NCBI GenBank assembly: GCA_964244895.1
Contig: CAXTKV010000066.1
Span: forward strand, 1 to 22,936
DNA length: 22,936 bases
Source: an uncultured Deinococcales bacterium
Lineage (GTDB): Bacteria; Deinococcota; Deinococci; Deinococcales; JAAFIG01
Direction: 5' to 3'
A program made the translations under genes and the position numbers. A model generated the notes under the pieces. It ran no database searches. It was not told the DNA's origin and saw nothing but the letters and a program-made list of their open reading frames with translations. Below are positions 10,089 through 18,453 of the stretch, in pieces; position 1 is the first letter of the stretch, and every line of letters begins with the position of its first letter.

Positions 10089-10193
10089 ATGATCAAACTC
10101 AAGACCATCATCCAGATCGAAGGCGCGTTCCGCGCTGTCGTGGGCGGTTTCCGTCTCGAGGTTGCATACAATCCCGCCGTACCTCCGTCCTGA
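10089..10193 (+). CDS. Putative 34-aa leader peptide MIKLKTIIQIEGAFRAVVGGFRLEVAYNPAVPPS
   Basis: ATG 10089 to TGA 10191-10193, purine-rich GGAAGGCAGGTG upstream, lies between promoter and terminator; shorter than any ORF in the supplied track. Confidence 0.6.
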   Translation: MIKLKTIIQIEGAFRAVVGGFRLEVAYNPAVPPS

Positions 10194-10212
10194 ACTGACC
10201 AGGACTCGAGGG

Positions 10213-10252
10213 ACCTCCGGCGGATCTTCAGACCCGCCGGAGGTTTTCTTTT
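10213..10252 (+). terminator. Intrinsic terminator in the 5' leader of the ABC operon (attenuator candidate)
   Basis: Perfect 11-bp stem ACCTCCGGCGG / CCGCCGGAGGT, 10-nt loop, followed by TTTCTTTT. Confidence 0.85.
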
Positions 10253-10338
10253 CGCCCGAAGCGCTCAAGCCCTCGCTCGAGATGCAAGTCGCGCCGCTCG
10301 AGCCCAGCACCTCGGAAACAGCCCGAAAGGAGCGTTCC

Positions 10339-11193
10339 ATGACCCTCACCCAGAACAACGATGAACCAGTTGCCGGTATCGACCTCGAACCGATGATCGC
10401 ATTAGAGGTGAACCATCTCTCCAAGGTTTTCAGAAAGAACGCCGATGGCTCCACGATTTTCAAACCCAAACGAACCGACTTCCGAGCCGTTGACGACGTT
10501 TCGTTCAGCGTCAAGCGGGGTGAAATTTATGGCATCCTCGGTCCAAATGGCAGCGGCAAAAGCACCCTCATCCGCGCCATCAGCACGCTCCTGGAGCCTG
10601 ACGAAGGTCAGGTCACCATCTTCGGGCTCGACCTCAGACGGGACGAAGCCAAAATAAGGCGCTTGCTGAACCGCGTCAGCGTGGACGCCGCGTTTTACAA
10701 GAAGCTCAGCCCGCGCGAAAACCTCCTCTACAGCGCGCGCCTGTACGGTTTCGAACCACGGGAGGCCGAGGCGCGCGCGTTGGACATCTTTGAACGTCTG
10801 GGATTGAAGAAGAAAATTTTCTACGAGTCCCTGGAAGAAATGTCTCGTGGGATGCAGCAGAAGGTCGCCATCGCCAGGGCGTTCCTGACCGCGCCCGTGC
10901 TGCTGTTGCTGGACGAGCCCACGACCGGACTCGATCCAAAATCCAGGCGCGACGTGCAGGAGTTCGTGCTGCGCTTGCGCGACGATCACGACGCCACGAT
11001 CATTCTGACCACGCACGACATGCCGGAAGCGGAACGCTTGTGCGACCGGATCGCGTTCATTCACAACGGCAAGTTCGTGGCGGAAGGTACATCGGCTGAA
11101 CTGAAGGCGCTGGTCGGCCCGGAGGCCACGCTCGAGGACGCGTTCATTACCTTGACGGGTTCGGAGTTCGACCCGGAACCCGAAGAAGCCTGA
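10339..11193 (+). CDS. ABC transporter ATP-binding protein (ABC-2/DrrA-like exporter)
   Basis: GPNGSGKST, signature MSRGM, LLLLDEPT, TTHDM; ATG 10339 preceded by AAAGGAG RBS. Confidence 0.95.
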   Translation: MTLTQNNDEPVAGIDLEPMIALEVNHLSKVFRKNADGSTIFKPKRTDFRAVDDVSFSVKRGEIYGILGPNGSGKSTLIRAISTLLEPDEGQVTIFGLDLRRDEAKIRRLLNRVSVDAAFYKKLSPRENLLYSARLYGFEPREAEARALDIFERLGLKKKIFYESLEEMSRGMQQKVAIARAFLTAPVLLLLDEPTTGLDPKSRRDVQEFVLRLRDDHDATIILTTHDMPEAERLCDRIAFIHNGKFVAEGTSAELKALVGPEATLEDAFITLTGSEFDPEPEEA

Positions 11194-11238
11194 TCTCGAG
11201 CCTGCAATCTCGAGACGCAATTTTAAGCGAGGTAGTTC

Positions 11239-12123
11239 ATGTCACAAGGTCTATCCGATCCGCTCGCCAAACCCAGGGTTTCACGCTCCGAAACGGGATT
11301 CCTCGCGTGGTGGCGCGGCGCCGGCGCGTTCGTGTTCCGCGATTACCACCTGACGCGGCGGTATTTCTCGTGGGTGCTGGTCTTTACCTTTTACGCCATC
11401 GTCAATTCCGCGACCATCGTGCTGATCGGCGTGGCGGGCAAGGATTCGATGCTGACGCTCAATTTGATCCTGGGCGTGCTGATGTGGTCGTTCTTGTCCG
11501 TGTTGTTCGGTGAGATCGCCAACAGCATCAGCTACGAGCGCTGGGAAGGCACGATCGAGTACACCTTCATGGCTCCGGTCAGCCGCTTCACGCACCTTCT
11601 GGGCGTCTCCGGTTTCGCGGGCGTCTACGCCCTGATCCGCGTGGCCATCACGCTGGCGGCGCTATTGGCTTTCGCCAGCCTGAGCGTCTCCGGCGCAAAC
11701 TTGTGGGGTTGCCTGGTGGTGATGCTGGTCGCGGGCTTCGCGTTCATGGGCTTGGGGCTGATCGCCGCCGTGTTCCCGCTGATGAGCCCGGAGAACGGTG
11801 CGCAGGCCACGAACATCGTGCAGGGCGTGCTGCTCTTGATTTCCGGCGTGTACTACCCGGTTAGCGTGCTGCCCGCGTGGCTGCAACCGCTGGCGGTGAT
11901 TTCGCCCGCGACCTACGCGCTCGAGGCGTGCCGAAAGTTGCTGGGCATCGGCGTGGACGGTTCCCGTCCCGGTGCGTTGAACGGTCAGCCCCTCTCGAGC
12001 GTGCTGCCCGAACTGGCGGTTCTGGCGGTGATGGGCCTGGTCTTGATCCCGCTCGGCTTGTTCGTGTTCAGCCTCGCGGAACGCTGGGCCAAACGCACCG
12101 GAAAACTCAAGCGTGCGGGCTGA
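11239..12123 (+). CDS. ABC-2 type transporter permease
   Basis: About six TM segments; ERWEGTIEYTFMAP and SGVYYPVSVLPAWLQ motifs; GAGGT RBS. Confidence 0.93.
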   Translation: MSQGLSDPLAKPRVSRSETGFLAWWRGAGAFVFRDYHLTRRYFSWVLVFTFYAIVNSATIVLIGVAGKDSMLTLNLILGVLMWSFLSVLFGEIANSISYERWEGTIEYTFMAPVSRFTHLLGVSGFAGVYALIRVAITLAALLAFASLSVSGANLWGCLVVMLVAGFAFMGLGLIAAVFPLMSPENGAQATNIVQGVLLLISGVYYPVSVLPAWLQPLAVISPATYALEACRKLLGIGVDGSRPGALNGQPLSSVLPELAVLAVMGLVLIPLGLFVFSLAERWAKRTGKLKRAG

Positions 12124-12169
12124 AGACCGTCTGGGACGGTATCCAAAGAAATGCGCCCTGGACGGTGTC
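12124..12169. repeat. Dispersed palindromic element (family A), variant
   Basis: AGACCGTCTGGGACGG...TGCGCCCTGGACGGTGTC, starting right after the permease stop. Confidence 0.78.
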
Positions 12170-12326
12170 TCGCGCATTTCTCGAGAATTTCGTGTGGGGT
12201 GTCGCACCCGGCGAAATGACGGTTGTCCTCGGACAAAGTTTCGGGAGCCCTGGAGTCTCGAACGACGATCTGGTTCCGTCCGAGCCTGCGGTATGTCGCG
12301 CACATCTGGGCTTTATCCATCGCGTT

Positions 12327-12332
12327 TAATCT
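12327..12332 (+). promoter_or_regulatory. -10 element of a probable leaderless transcript (OpgC-like)
   Basis: TAATCT 6 nt before the GTG, no SD. Confidence 0.45.
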
Positions 12333-12338
12333 CGTTGC

Positions 12339-13523
12339 GTGGCCTCTCCACCGACCCCGCTCGAGCAACCCGCAACCCAGGCAAACGTGAGCCAACCCAA
12401 CCGAACCCGCTGGCCGTTCGCGTACATCGCTGGGGTCGGGCGGGATGCGCGGCTGGACTGGTTGCGCGGGTACTGCCTGTTCATGATGATCGTCGATCAC
12501 GTCGGCACGGTCGCGGGCAACGTCACGGGCTCGTCGTGGTTGTACGCCCTGACGGGCGGCACGCGCTACTACGCGACGGCGGCGGAGGCGTTCTACCTGA
12601 TTTCCGGCGTGACGCTGGGCATGATCTCGAGCCGGGAATCCGCGCGGGTTTCGACCAGACGGATTTACACCAGGGCGTTTCACCTCTACCGCACGGCCTT
12701 GCTGCTGTCGCTCAGCTTCGGGGCCATCGGGATCTTCACCAACCTCTTGTACTTCGGGCGCTGGTCGTTCGAGTCGCCGGGCGTCGTGCCGTACCTGCTG
12801 CGGGTCCTGACCCTGCGCGCTGAGACGGGTGGCGCGGGCATTCTGGTGCTGTACGTGCTGTTCATGATCGTCACGCCGGGCGCGCTGTGGTTGTTCCGCA
12901 AGAACCTGGCGTGGGTCGCCCTGCTCGCGTCGGTGGTGTTGTACGCCGCCAGCCAGATCGTGCCGCGACTTCAAACCCTGCCGTTCGCGGTCTACTTCGA
13001 CGTGCTGCCGTGGCAGATTCTGTTTTTCGGCGGCCTCGCGTTGGGGTTCCATCGGGCAAATCTGGTGCGCTTCTTCTCGAGCATCCCGACGGTTCGCGCG
13101 GCGCTGGAAGGTGCAGTCGTCGCGGTCGCGTTCGTATTTCTGTTGATTCACCTGACTGGGTACCAGTTCTGGCCGGGATTGCCCGCCCTACTCGAACCGA
13201 TGGAAGCCCTGCCGCTGGCGCGCTTGCTGCTCGCGTCAATCTCGATGCTGGCGGCGTACATTCTGCTCAGCTGGTTCTGGCAGCCGTTGCGCGCCGCCTT
13301 CGGCTGGCTTCTGGAACCGCTCGGTCGGGCGTCGTTGTGGACGTTCACGATGCACTTCTACGCGATTCTGCTGTTGTGGAACCTGCCCGCTTTCACGGCC
13401 ATTCCGGCGTTGTGGGCCTGGCAGATGGTGGCCGTCGTGCTGGTCTGGCTTTCGTTGCGCCTTCGCGACGCGCTGGTGCGCTTGCAGACGCCCAAGACTC
13501 GAGTCGCGCCGATCTCGAGCTAG
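12339..13523 (+). CDS. OpgC-domain membrane acyltransferase-like protein
   Basis: RDARLDWLRG...DH, AAEAFYLISG, WQILF and LGRASL motifs typical of the OpgC family; polytopic membrane protein. Confidence 0.8.
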   Translation: MASPPTPLEQPATQANVSQPNRTRWPFAYIAGVGRDARLDWLRGYCLFMMIVDHVGTVAGNVTGSSWLYALTGGTRYYATAAEAFYLISGVTLGMISSRESARVSTRRIYTRAFHLYRTALLLSLSFGAIGIFTNLLYFGRWSFESPGVVPYLLRVLTLRAETGGAGILVLYVLFMIVTPGALWLFRKNLAWVALLASVVLYAASQIVPRLQTLPFAVYFDVLPWQILFFGGLALGFHRANLVRFFSSIPTVRAALEGAVVAVAFVFLLIHLTGYQFWPGLPALLEPMEALPLARLLLASISMLAAYILLSWFWQPLRAAFGWLLEPLGRASLWTFTMHFYAILLLWNLPAFTAIPALWAWQMVAVVLVWLSLRLRDALVRLQTPKTRVAPISS

Positions 13524-13524
13524 C

Positions 13525-13570
13525 AACACCGTCCGGGACGCGAACCTTAGAGCGCGTGCCAGACGGTGTT
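13525..13570. repeat. Dispersed palindromic element (family A)
   Basis: AACACCGTCCGGGACGCG-N10-CGCGTGCCAGACGGTGTT, 1 nt after the OpgC-like stop. Confidence 0.9.
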
Positions 13571-13641
13571 CCGCATCGGGAAGCTCGAGCCAGGAGACTC
13601 GACGCACGGTGACGCCGAGCCATTCGTCCGGTGTGGGTCGG

Positions 13642-13650
13642 TGATACCAT
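13642..13650 (+). promoter_or_regulatory. Extended -10 promoter for lepA
   Basis: TG-A-TACCAT about 40 nt upstream of the ATG; GGAG RBS at 13678. Confidence 0.45.
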
Positions 13651-13689
13651 TGCTCGAGCGCGCATTTCCGGGCGCATGGAGCAGCATTC

Positions 13690-15483
13690 ATGTCGAACAT
13701 CCGAAACTTCTCGATCATCGCGCACGTCGATCACGGCAAGTCCACCCTGGCGGACCGCATCCTGGAAATCTGCGGCGCGATGGGTGACCGCGACCGGCGC
13801 GAGCAGACGCTCGATACCCTGGAACTCGAGCGCGAGCGCGGCATCACCATCAAGGCCACGCCGGTGCGCCTGAACTACAAGGCGCGCGACGGTCAGACCT
13901 ACATTTTTCACCTGATCGACACGCCCGGTCACGTCGATTTCAACTACGAGGTCTCGAGATCCCTGTCCGCCTGCGAGGGCGTGCTGCTGGTCGTGGACGC
14001 CTCGCAGGGCGTCGAGGCGCAAACCATCGTCAACGCCTACCTGGCGATCAACGCGAACCTCGAGATCGTGCCGGTGGTCAACAAGATCGACCTGCCCGCC
14101 GCCGACCCGCCGCGCGCCGCCAGGGAACTCGAGGACGTGATCGGGATTCCAAGCGAAGAAGCCATCTTCGCCTCCGGCAAGACCGGCGAGGGCGTCGAGG
14201 ACGTCCTGGAGGCGATCATCGCGCGCATTCCGTCCCCCAAACAGGACGTAGCCGCGCCCCTCAAGGCGCTCGTGTTCGATAGCGTTTACGACGCGTACCA
14301 GGGCGTGATCCCGTTCATGCGCGTGCTGGAAGGCACGGTCAAACCGGGCGACAAGGTCAAATTCTGGAACTCCGGCAAAACCTTCGACGTGGACAAGGTC
14401 GGCGTCTTTCGGCCCGCGCTGGAAGTGGTGGAAACCCTCTCGGCGGGCGAGGTCGGCTGGTTCACCGCGCAGATCAAGGACATCCACGACGCGCAGGTTG
14501 GGGACACGCTGACGGAAGCCGCCAGACCCACCGTGACGCCCTTTCCGGGCTTCAAGCCCGCCCAGCCCGTCGTGTTCAGCGGTCTCTACCCGACGGACAC
14601 CGTGGATTACCCGAAAATGCGCGAGGCGCTCGAGAAACTCCAACTCAACGACGCCGCGCTGACCTTCGAGCCGGAAACCTCCGAAGCCCTCGGCTTTGGG
14701 TTCCGCTGCGGCTTCCTGGGATTGCTGCACGCCGAAGTCGTGCAGGAACGCCTCGAGCGCGAGTTCGACCTGGACTTGATCGCGACCGCGCCCAGCGTGA
14801 TTTACCGCGTCAACCTGACGGACGGCACCAGCTTCACCACCCAGAACCCGTCCGAATTGCCCACGCCCGACAAGTTCAGCACGGTCGAGGAACCCTACAT
14901 CAAACTTTCGATCATCCTGCCCGAAGAATACGTCGGTTCCGCCATGCAGCTTTTACAAGAACGGCGCGGCGCGATGAAGGACATGCAGTACGTCGGACGG
15001 CGCGTCGAGCTTCATTACGAAGTCCCGTTCGGCGAGATCCTGTACGACTTTCACGACCGCCTGAAATCCCTCTCCAGGGGTTACGCCAGCATGGATTACG
15101 AGCAGATCGGCTACCGCGAGGGCGACCTGGTTAAAGTCAGCATCCTGGTCAACGGCGATTTGGTGGACGCGTTGGCGATCATCTGCCACCGCGACAAGGC
15201 CGAATTCCTGGGCCGCAAGATCGTGGACACGATGGCCGAAGTTATCCCCCGCCAGATGTTCACCGTGCCCGTCCAGGCCGCCATCGGCGGCAAGATCATC
15301 GCGCGCGCGACCGTCAAAGCGTTCCGCAAGGACGTGCTGGCCAAGTGCTACGGCGGCGACATCAGCCGCAAGAAGAAGCTCCTGGACAAGCAAAAGAAGG
15401 GCAAGAAGCGGATGAAGGCCATCGGCACGGTCGAGGTTCCCCAGGAAGCGTTCCTGGCGGTGCTCTCGAGCGGTGACGGTTGA
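13690..15483 (+). CDS. lepA: Translation elongation factor 4 (LepA)
   Basis: [61 protein letters not shown]. Confidence 0.99.
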   Translation: MSNIRNFSIIAHVDHGKSTLADRILEICGAMGDRDRREQTLDTLELERERGITIKATPVRLNYKARDGQTYIFHLIDTPGHVDFNYEVSRSLSACEGVLLVVDASQGVEAQTIVNAYLAINANLEIVPVVNKIDLPAADPPRAARELEDVIGIPSEEAIFASGKTGEGVEDVLEAIIARIPSPKQDVAAPLKALVFDSVYDAYQGVIPFMRVLEGTVKPGDKVKFWNSGKTFDVDKVGVFRPALEVVETLSAGEVGWFTAQIKDIHDAQVGDTLTEAARPTVTPFPGFKPAQPVVFSGLYPTDTVDYPKMREALEKLQLNDAALTFEPETSEALGFGFRCGFLGLLHAEVVQERLEREFDLDLIATAPSVIYRVNLTDGTSFTTQNPSELPTPDKFSTVEEPYIKLSIILPEEYVGSAMQLLQERRGAMKDMQYVGRRVELHYEVPFGEILYDFHDRLKSLSRGYASMDYEQIGYREGDLVKVSILVNGDLVDALAIICHRDKAEFLGRKIVDTMAEVIPRQMFTVPVQAAIGGKIIARATVKAFRKDVLAKCYGGDISRKKKLLDKQKKGKKRMKAIGTVEVPQEAFLAVLSSGDG

Positions 15484-15507
15484 GGGGTGCTCACGAGTAA
15501 CACCAGC

Positions 15508-15525
15508 AACACCGTCCAGCACGTG
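15508..15525. repeat. Family A single arm
   Basis: AACACCGTCCAGCACGTG downstream of lepA. Confidence 0.8.
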
Positions 15526-15560
15526 ATTTCCCAAGTCTCGAGAAGCGTGTCCTGAACTGT

Positions 15561-15618
15561 GCCTCCCCTGCTACAGGGGAGGTGGCATCTGCCAGGTTTT
15601 GGCGGATGACGGAGGGGT
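15561..15618. repeat. Double-hairpin REP-like element (family C)
   Basis: CCTCCCCTG-CTA-CAGGGGAGG, then GGCATCTGCCA-N5-TGGCGGATGAC, then GGAGGGG. Confidence 0.65.
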
Positions 15619-15643
15619 CGCCTTTACACGCTGCCGCCATTCT

Positions 15644-15697
15644 CGAGAACACCGTCCAGCACGTAGGTTTGAAAATGCGTGCTGGACGGTGTTCTCG
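15644..15697. repeat. Dispersed palindromic element (family A), best copy
   Basis: Perfect 20-bp arms CGAGAACACCGTCCAGCACG-N14-CGTGCTGGACGGTGTTCTCG. Confidence 0.95.
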
Positions 15698-15751
15698 TGC
15701 GTACTCGTGGTTTCGAGGTTCCAGTACACACCGTCCGAACCGATTCTTGAC

Positions 15752-15757
15752 TACACT
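15752..15757 (+). promoter_or_regulatory. -10 element of a probable leaderless transcript (histidine kinase)
   Basis: TACACT 8 nt before the ATG, no SD. Confidence 0.5.
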
Positions 15758-15765
15758 AAACACTG

Positions 15766-16851
15766 ATGGCGACACCTTCACGGCGAGGTCTGGAGGAGCG
15801 GCGCGCGAAACGGCGCGTCGGGGACAGGGTCGTCAGTTTGCGGCTCAGCCTGGCACTGATCATCGCGGTGCTGGCGCTGGTGCCGCCGGTGGTGCTGGTG
15901 ATCTTCTTGATGGCACCGATCGCGGGCACGCCGTACAGCCTCGAGCCGGGCGGGTTGAGTCGGTTGGTGGGCTGGTTGATTCTGGTCGTGTGCATTTCCG
16001 TCGGTGTGGGCGTGGTGATCTCGAGGATGCTGCTGGAACCCCTGACGCGCCTGCGGGACGAGGTTTCCAGCCTGGCGAAATCCGGGCAGCGCCTGTCTGA
16101 AATGTCGCTGAAGGACGTGGGGCCGCTTCCCGCCGAGGTCGAGACGGTGCGCGAGGCGTTCTCCAGCCTGTTGGACGCGTTGCGGATTGAGCAGATGAAG
16201 CGCGGCGCGTTCATGGCGACGCTGGTTCACGACCTGAAAACCCCGGTCATCGCGGGAAATCACGTGCTGGACGCGATCCGAGACAACGATCGGATGCCCA
16301 GGGCGCAGCAGCTCGAGTTGATCGGGTCGCTGCGGCAGGAAAACGAAGCCCTGCTTGAACTGGTGCAGAAGATGGTGGACGCGCACCGGTTCGAGCGCGG
16401 CGAGGTGGCGCTCGATCTCGAACCGACTGAATTGGAACCGTTCGTGCGCGGTATCGCGGCGCGGTTCGATGGCATGGCGCGCTCGCGAGGGTTGAACCTG
16501 ATCGTGACCGGGCGCGGTCGGGCGATGGTCGCGCGGCGCGAACTCGAGCGCGCGCTGGCCAATCTGATCGAGAACGGTTTGCGCTACGCCCGCGCTGGCG
16601 TGACCGTGACCATCGACGGCCCGAGCGTGACCATCACCGACGACGGCCCCGGCCTGGGCGCACCGTTGGAAATGCTCGCCAAGCCGTTTCATTCCGAAAG
16701 CCTGGAGTTCGGCGGGCGCGCGTACTCGTCCGGCACGGGCGGGCTGGGCTTGTTCATCGCGTGGCAGATCGTGTTGTCGCACCGGGGCACGCTCGAGCAC
16801 CTGAACTGGTTGAACGGCACCGTGCTGCGCGTCGGATTGAGATCCGCGTGA
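15766..16851 (+). CDS. Sensor histidine kinase (2 TM, HAMP-like linker, HisKA, HATPase)
   Basis: H-box LVHDLKTP, N-box LANLIENGLRY, G1 DDGPG, G2 GTGGLGLFI. Confidence 0.93.
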   Translation: MATPSRRGLEERRAKRRVGDRVVSLRLSLALIIAVLALVPPVVLVIFLMAPIAGTPYSLEPGGLSRLVGWLILVVCISVGVGVVISRMLLEPLTRLRDEVSSLAKSGQRLSEMSLKDVGPLPAEVETVREAFSSLLDALRIEQMKRGAFMATLVHDLKTPVIAGNHVLDAIRDNDRMPRAQQLELIGSLRQENEALLELVQKMVDAHRFERGEVALDLEPTELEPFVRGIAARFDGMARSRGLNLIVTGRGRAMVARRELERALANLIENGLRYARAGVTVTIDGPSVTITDDGPGLGAPLEMLAKPFHSESLEFGGRAYSSGTGGLGLFIAWQIVLSHRGTLEHLNWLNGTVLRVGLRSA

Positions 16852-16924
16852 GGTGCTGCACTGAGGTCCGCGTGAGGTGCTGCACTGAGATCCGCATGAG
16901 GTGCTGTAATGAAGTCCGCGTGAG
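16838..16924. repeat. 24-bp tandem repeat, about 3.6 copies, at the kinase/regulator junction
   Basis: TGAGATCCGCGTGAGGTGCTGCAC / TGAGGTCCGCGTGAGGTGCTGCAC / TGAGATCCGCATGAGGTGCTGTAA / TGAAGTCCGCGTGAG. Confidence 0.95.
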
Positions 16925-16942
16925 CGCCGCTCGAGGATTCGC

Positions 16943-17527
16943 GTGATGCGCGTGCTGGTGGCCGACGACCACCCGCTTTTCCGGGTCGGGCTCAGTTACG
17001 CCCTGCGCGGCCTGGATTTCGATGTCGTGGCGGAAGCGTCAGATGGTCTCGAGGCGGTCGAGAAGTGCCTGAGCCTGAAACCGCAAGCTGCGCTGCTGGA
17101 TGTGAAAATGCCGCGCCTGGACGGACTCGAAGCTTGCCGTCAGATCGCCTTTGCCCTGCCGGACATCCGGCTGGTGATGCTCACGACCTTCTCTGAACCC
17201 GCGCTGATCGAGGCCGCCCGCACCGCCGGAGCCGCCGCGTTCGTCTCCAAGGAAACCGAAGCCGCCCAACTCGCCCGCTTGCTCGAGCGCCTGGTGCGCG
17301 ACCCCGAGCGCCGCGAATTCCCTCACACCGACGTTCCCCGGCTGACCTCGCGCGAACTCGAGGTGCTGCGCGGCCTGGTGCGCGGCCTTTCCAACAAGGA
17401 AATCGCCCGCGACTTATCCATCAGCCCGGAGACCGTCAAAGGCTACCTGGAAAACGTCTACCGCAAGCTCGAGGTTCCCGATCGCGTCAGCGCCGTCGGT
17501 CGAGCCCGGTCGCTCGGGCTGGCGTGA
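16943..17527 (+). CDS. NarL/LuxR-family response regulator
   Basis: VLVADDHP, LLDVKMP, LTT, K; C-terminal LTSRELEVL...GLSNKEIA...ETVK HTH. Start could be GTG 16943 or ATG 16946. Confidence 0.95.
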   Translation: MMRVLVADDHPLFRVGLSYALRGLDFDVVAEASDGLEAVEKCLSLKPQAALLDVKMPRLDGLEACRQIAFALPDIRLVMLTTFSEPALIEAARTAGAAAFVSKETEAAQLARLLERLVRDPERREFPHTDVPRLTSRELEVLRGLVRGLSNKEIARDLSISPETVKGYLENVYRKLEVPDRVSAVGRARSLGLA

Positions 17528-17567
17528 GAGGGCCGCCGCAAGCCATGAGCGCGGTCAAATTCAAAAC

Positions 17568-17613
17568 GACACCGTCCGGTGCGCGTATTTAAATTTGCGC
17601 GCTGGACAGCGTT
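17568..17613. repeat. Dispersed palindromic element (family A), diverged
   Basis: GACACCGTCCGGTGCGCG-TATTTAAATT-TGCGCGCTGGACAGCGTT between convergent genes. Confidence 0.82.
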
Positions 17614-17690
17614 CTTCGTATTCAGACTCGAGATAAAGCCCTCGGGTGAATCGTATGGGTTTTGCTAACGGCTTGCGGCCTTCTCTTCGC

Positions 17691-18137
17691 TCATGCCTGC
17701 GCGACCGGAGCGACGCCTTCCAGGGTGGCGTAATCGTCCTGGAAATGCACCAGCACGCCGCCGAAGATCGTCTCGAAGACTTCTTCAGGTAAGGGCATGG
17801 CGGTCGGGTAGAAGCCGATGTACTCGAGCCAAACGTTGCCGTCCTCGTCGATGGATCGGCTGAAGGCGCGTTCGCGGTTGCGGGCGTTCAGCAGCTCGAT
17901 CACGGACGCGCGGCGGGCGCGGTACTGGTTGTGGGTGACGCAGGTGACCTCGAGCCTGGACGTGCTGTTCGGGCCGTCAGAGAGTGAAATCACGACGGCG
18001 GCGTCGCCCATCTCGAACTTCCAGTTGGTGCGGATGAACCTTGAATTGTTCTGCGATTCGATCTCGAGATTCACGTCGCGCTTCTCGAGGTACTTGGCGA
18101 TGGTTTCCAGCGTCAGTAAGGGGATGATCTCGGGCAT
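17691..18137 (-). CDS. YbjN-domain protein (Deinococcus type)
   Basis: ATG 18137 with [21 protein letters not shown]...[10 protein letters not shown]...SRLEVTCVT...NRERAF...[13 protein letters not shown] matches my recollection of Deinococcus YbjN-domain proteins. Confidence 0.75.
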   Translation of the reverse strand: MPEIIPLLTLETIAKYLEKRDVNLEIESQNNSRFIRTNWKFEMGDAAVVISLSDGPNSTSRLEVTCVTHNQYRARRASVIELLNARNRERAFSRSIDEDGNVWLEYIGFYPTAMPLPEEVFETIFGGVLVHFQDDYATLEGVAPVAQA

Positions 18138-18453
18138 GCGGGCTTCCTTTTTCGGATTGGATTCGTGTGGTCTGGCGTCCGTTCGCGCATCGTACACGGA
18201 CGGGCGTTGAACCATCTTGAGCCTTCGTCGATTCTGATTCTGCCTCGAGCGGGCTCGGTTCACCGCCGCTCAAATCACGAACGGAAGATCTGGAAAGGTT
18301 ATGGGCTGTTCTCGAGAAAACCCTGTGGGAAGGTCTTCTTTGGATCACGATTTTTGCGTCTGGGACGATGTTTCCTGATGATCGCTTTCGAGGCGATCGC
18401 TCGAGTTACCGTTGCCACTCGAGGGCGTTCAGAACGGTGTTTCCACTGACCAG

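Noticed and set aside
10162..10338. N-terminal extension of the ABC ATPase from 10162
   Set aside because: It runs through the terminator and has no RBS; ATG 10339 has a clear AAAGGAG.
12187..12220. Hairpin ATTTCG...GGGTG-TCG-CACCC...CGAAATGAC as another repeat family or terminator
   Set aside because: Single imperfect copy, no U-tract; insufficient support.
16838..16924. 24-bp repeat as a CRISPR array
   Set aside because: Units are head to tail with no unique spacers.
18138..18263. N-terminal extension of the YbjN-like ORF
   Set aside because: Recognisable family sequence and an RBS begin at ATG 18137.
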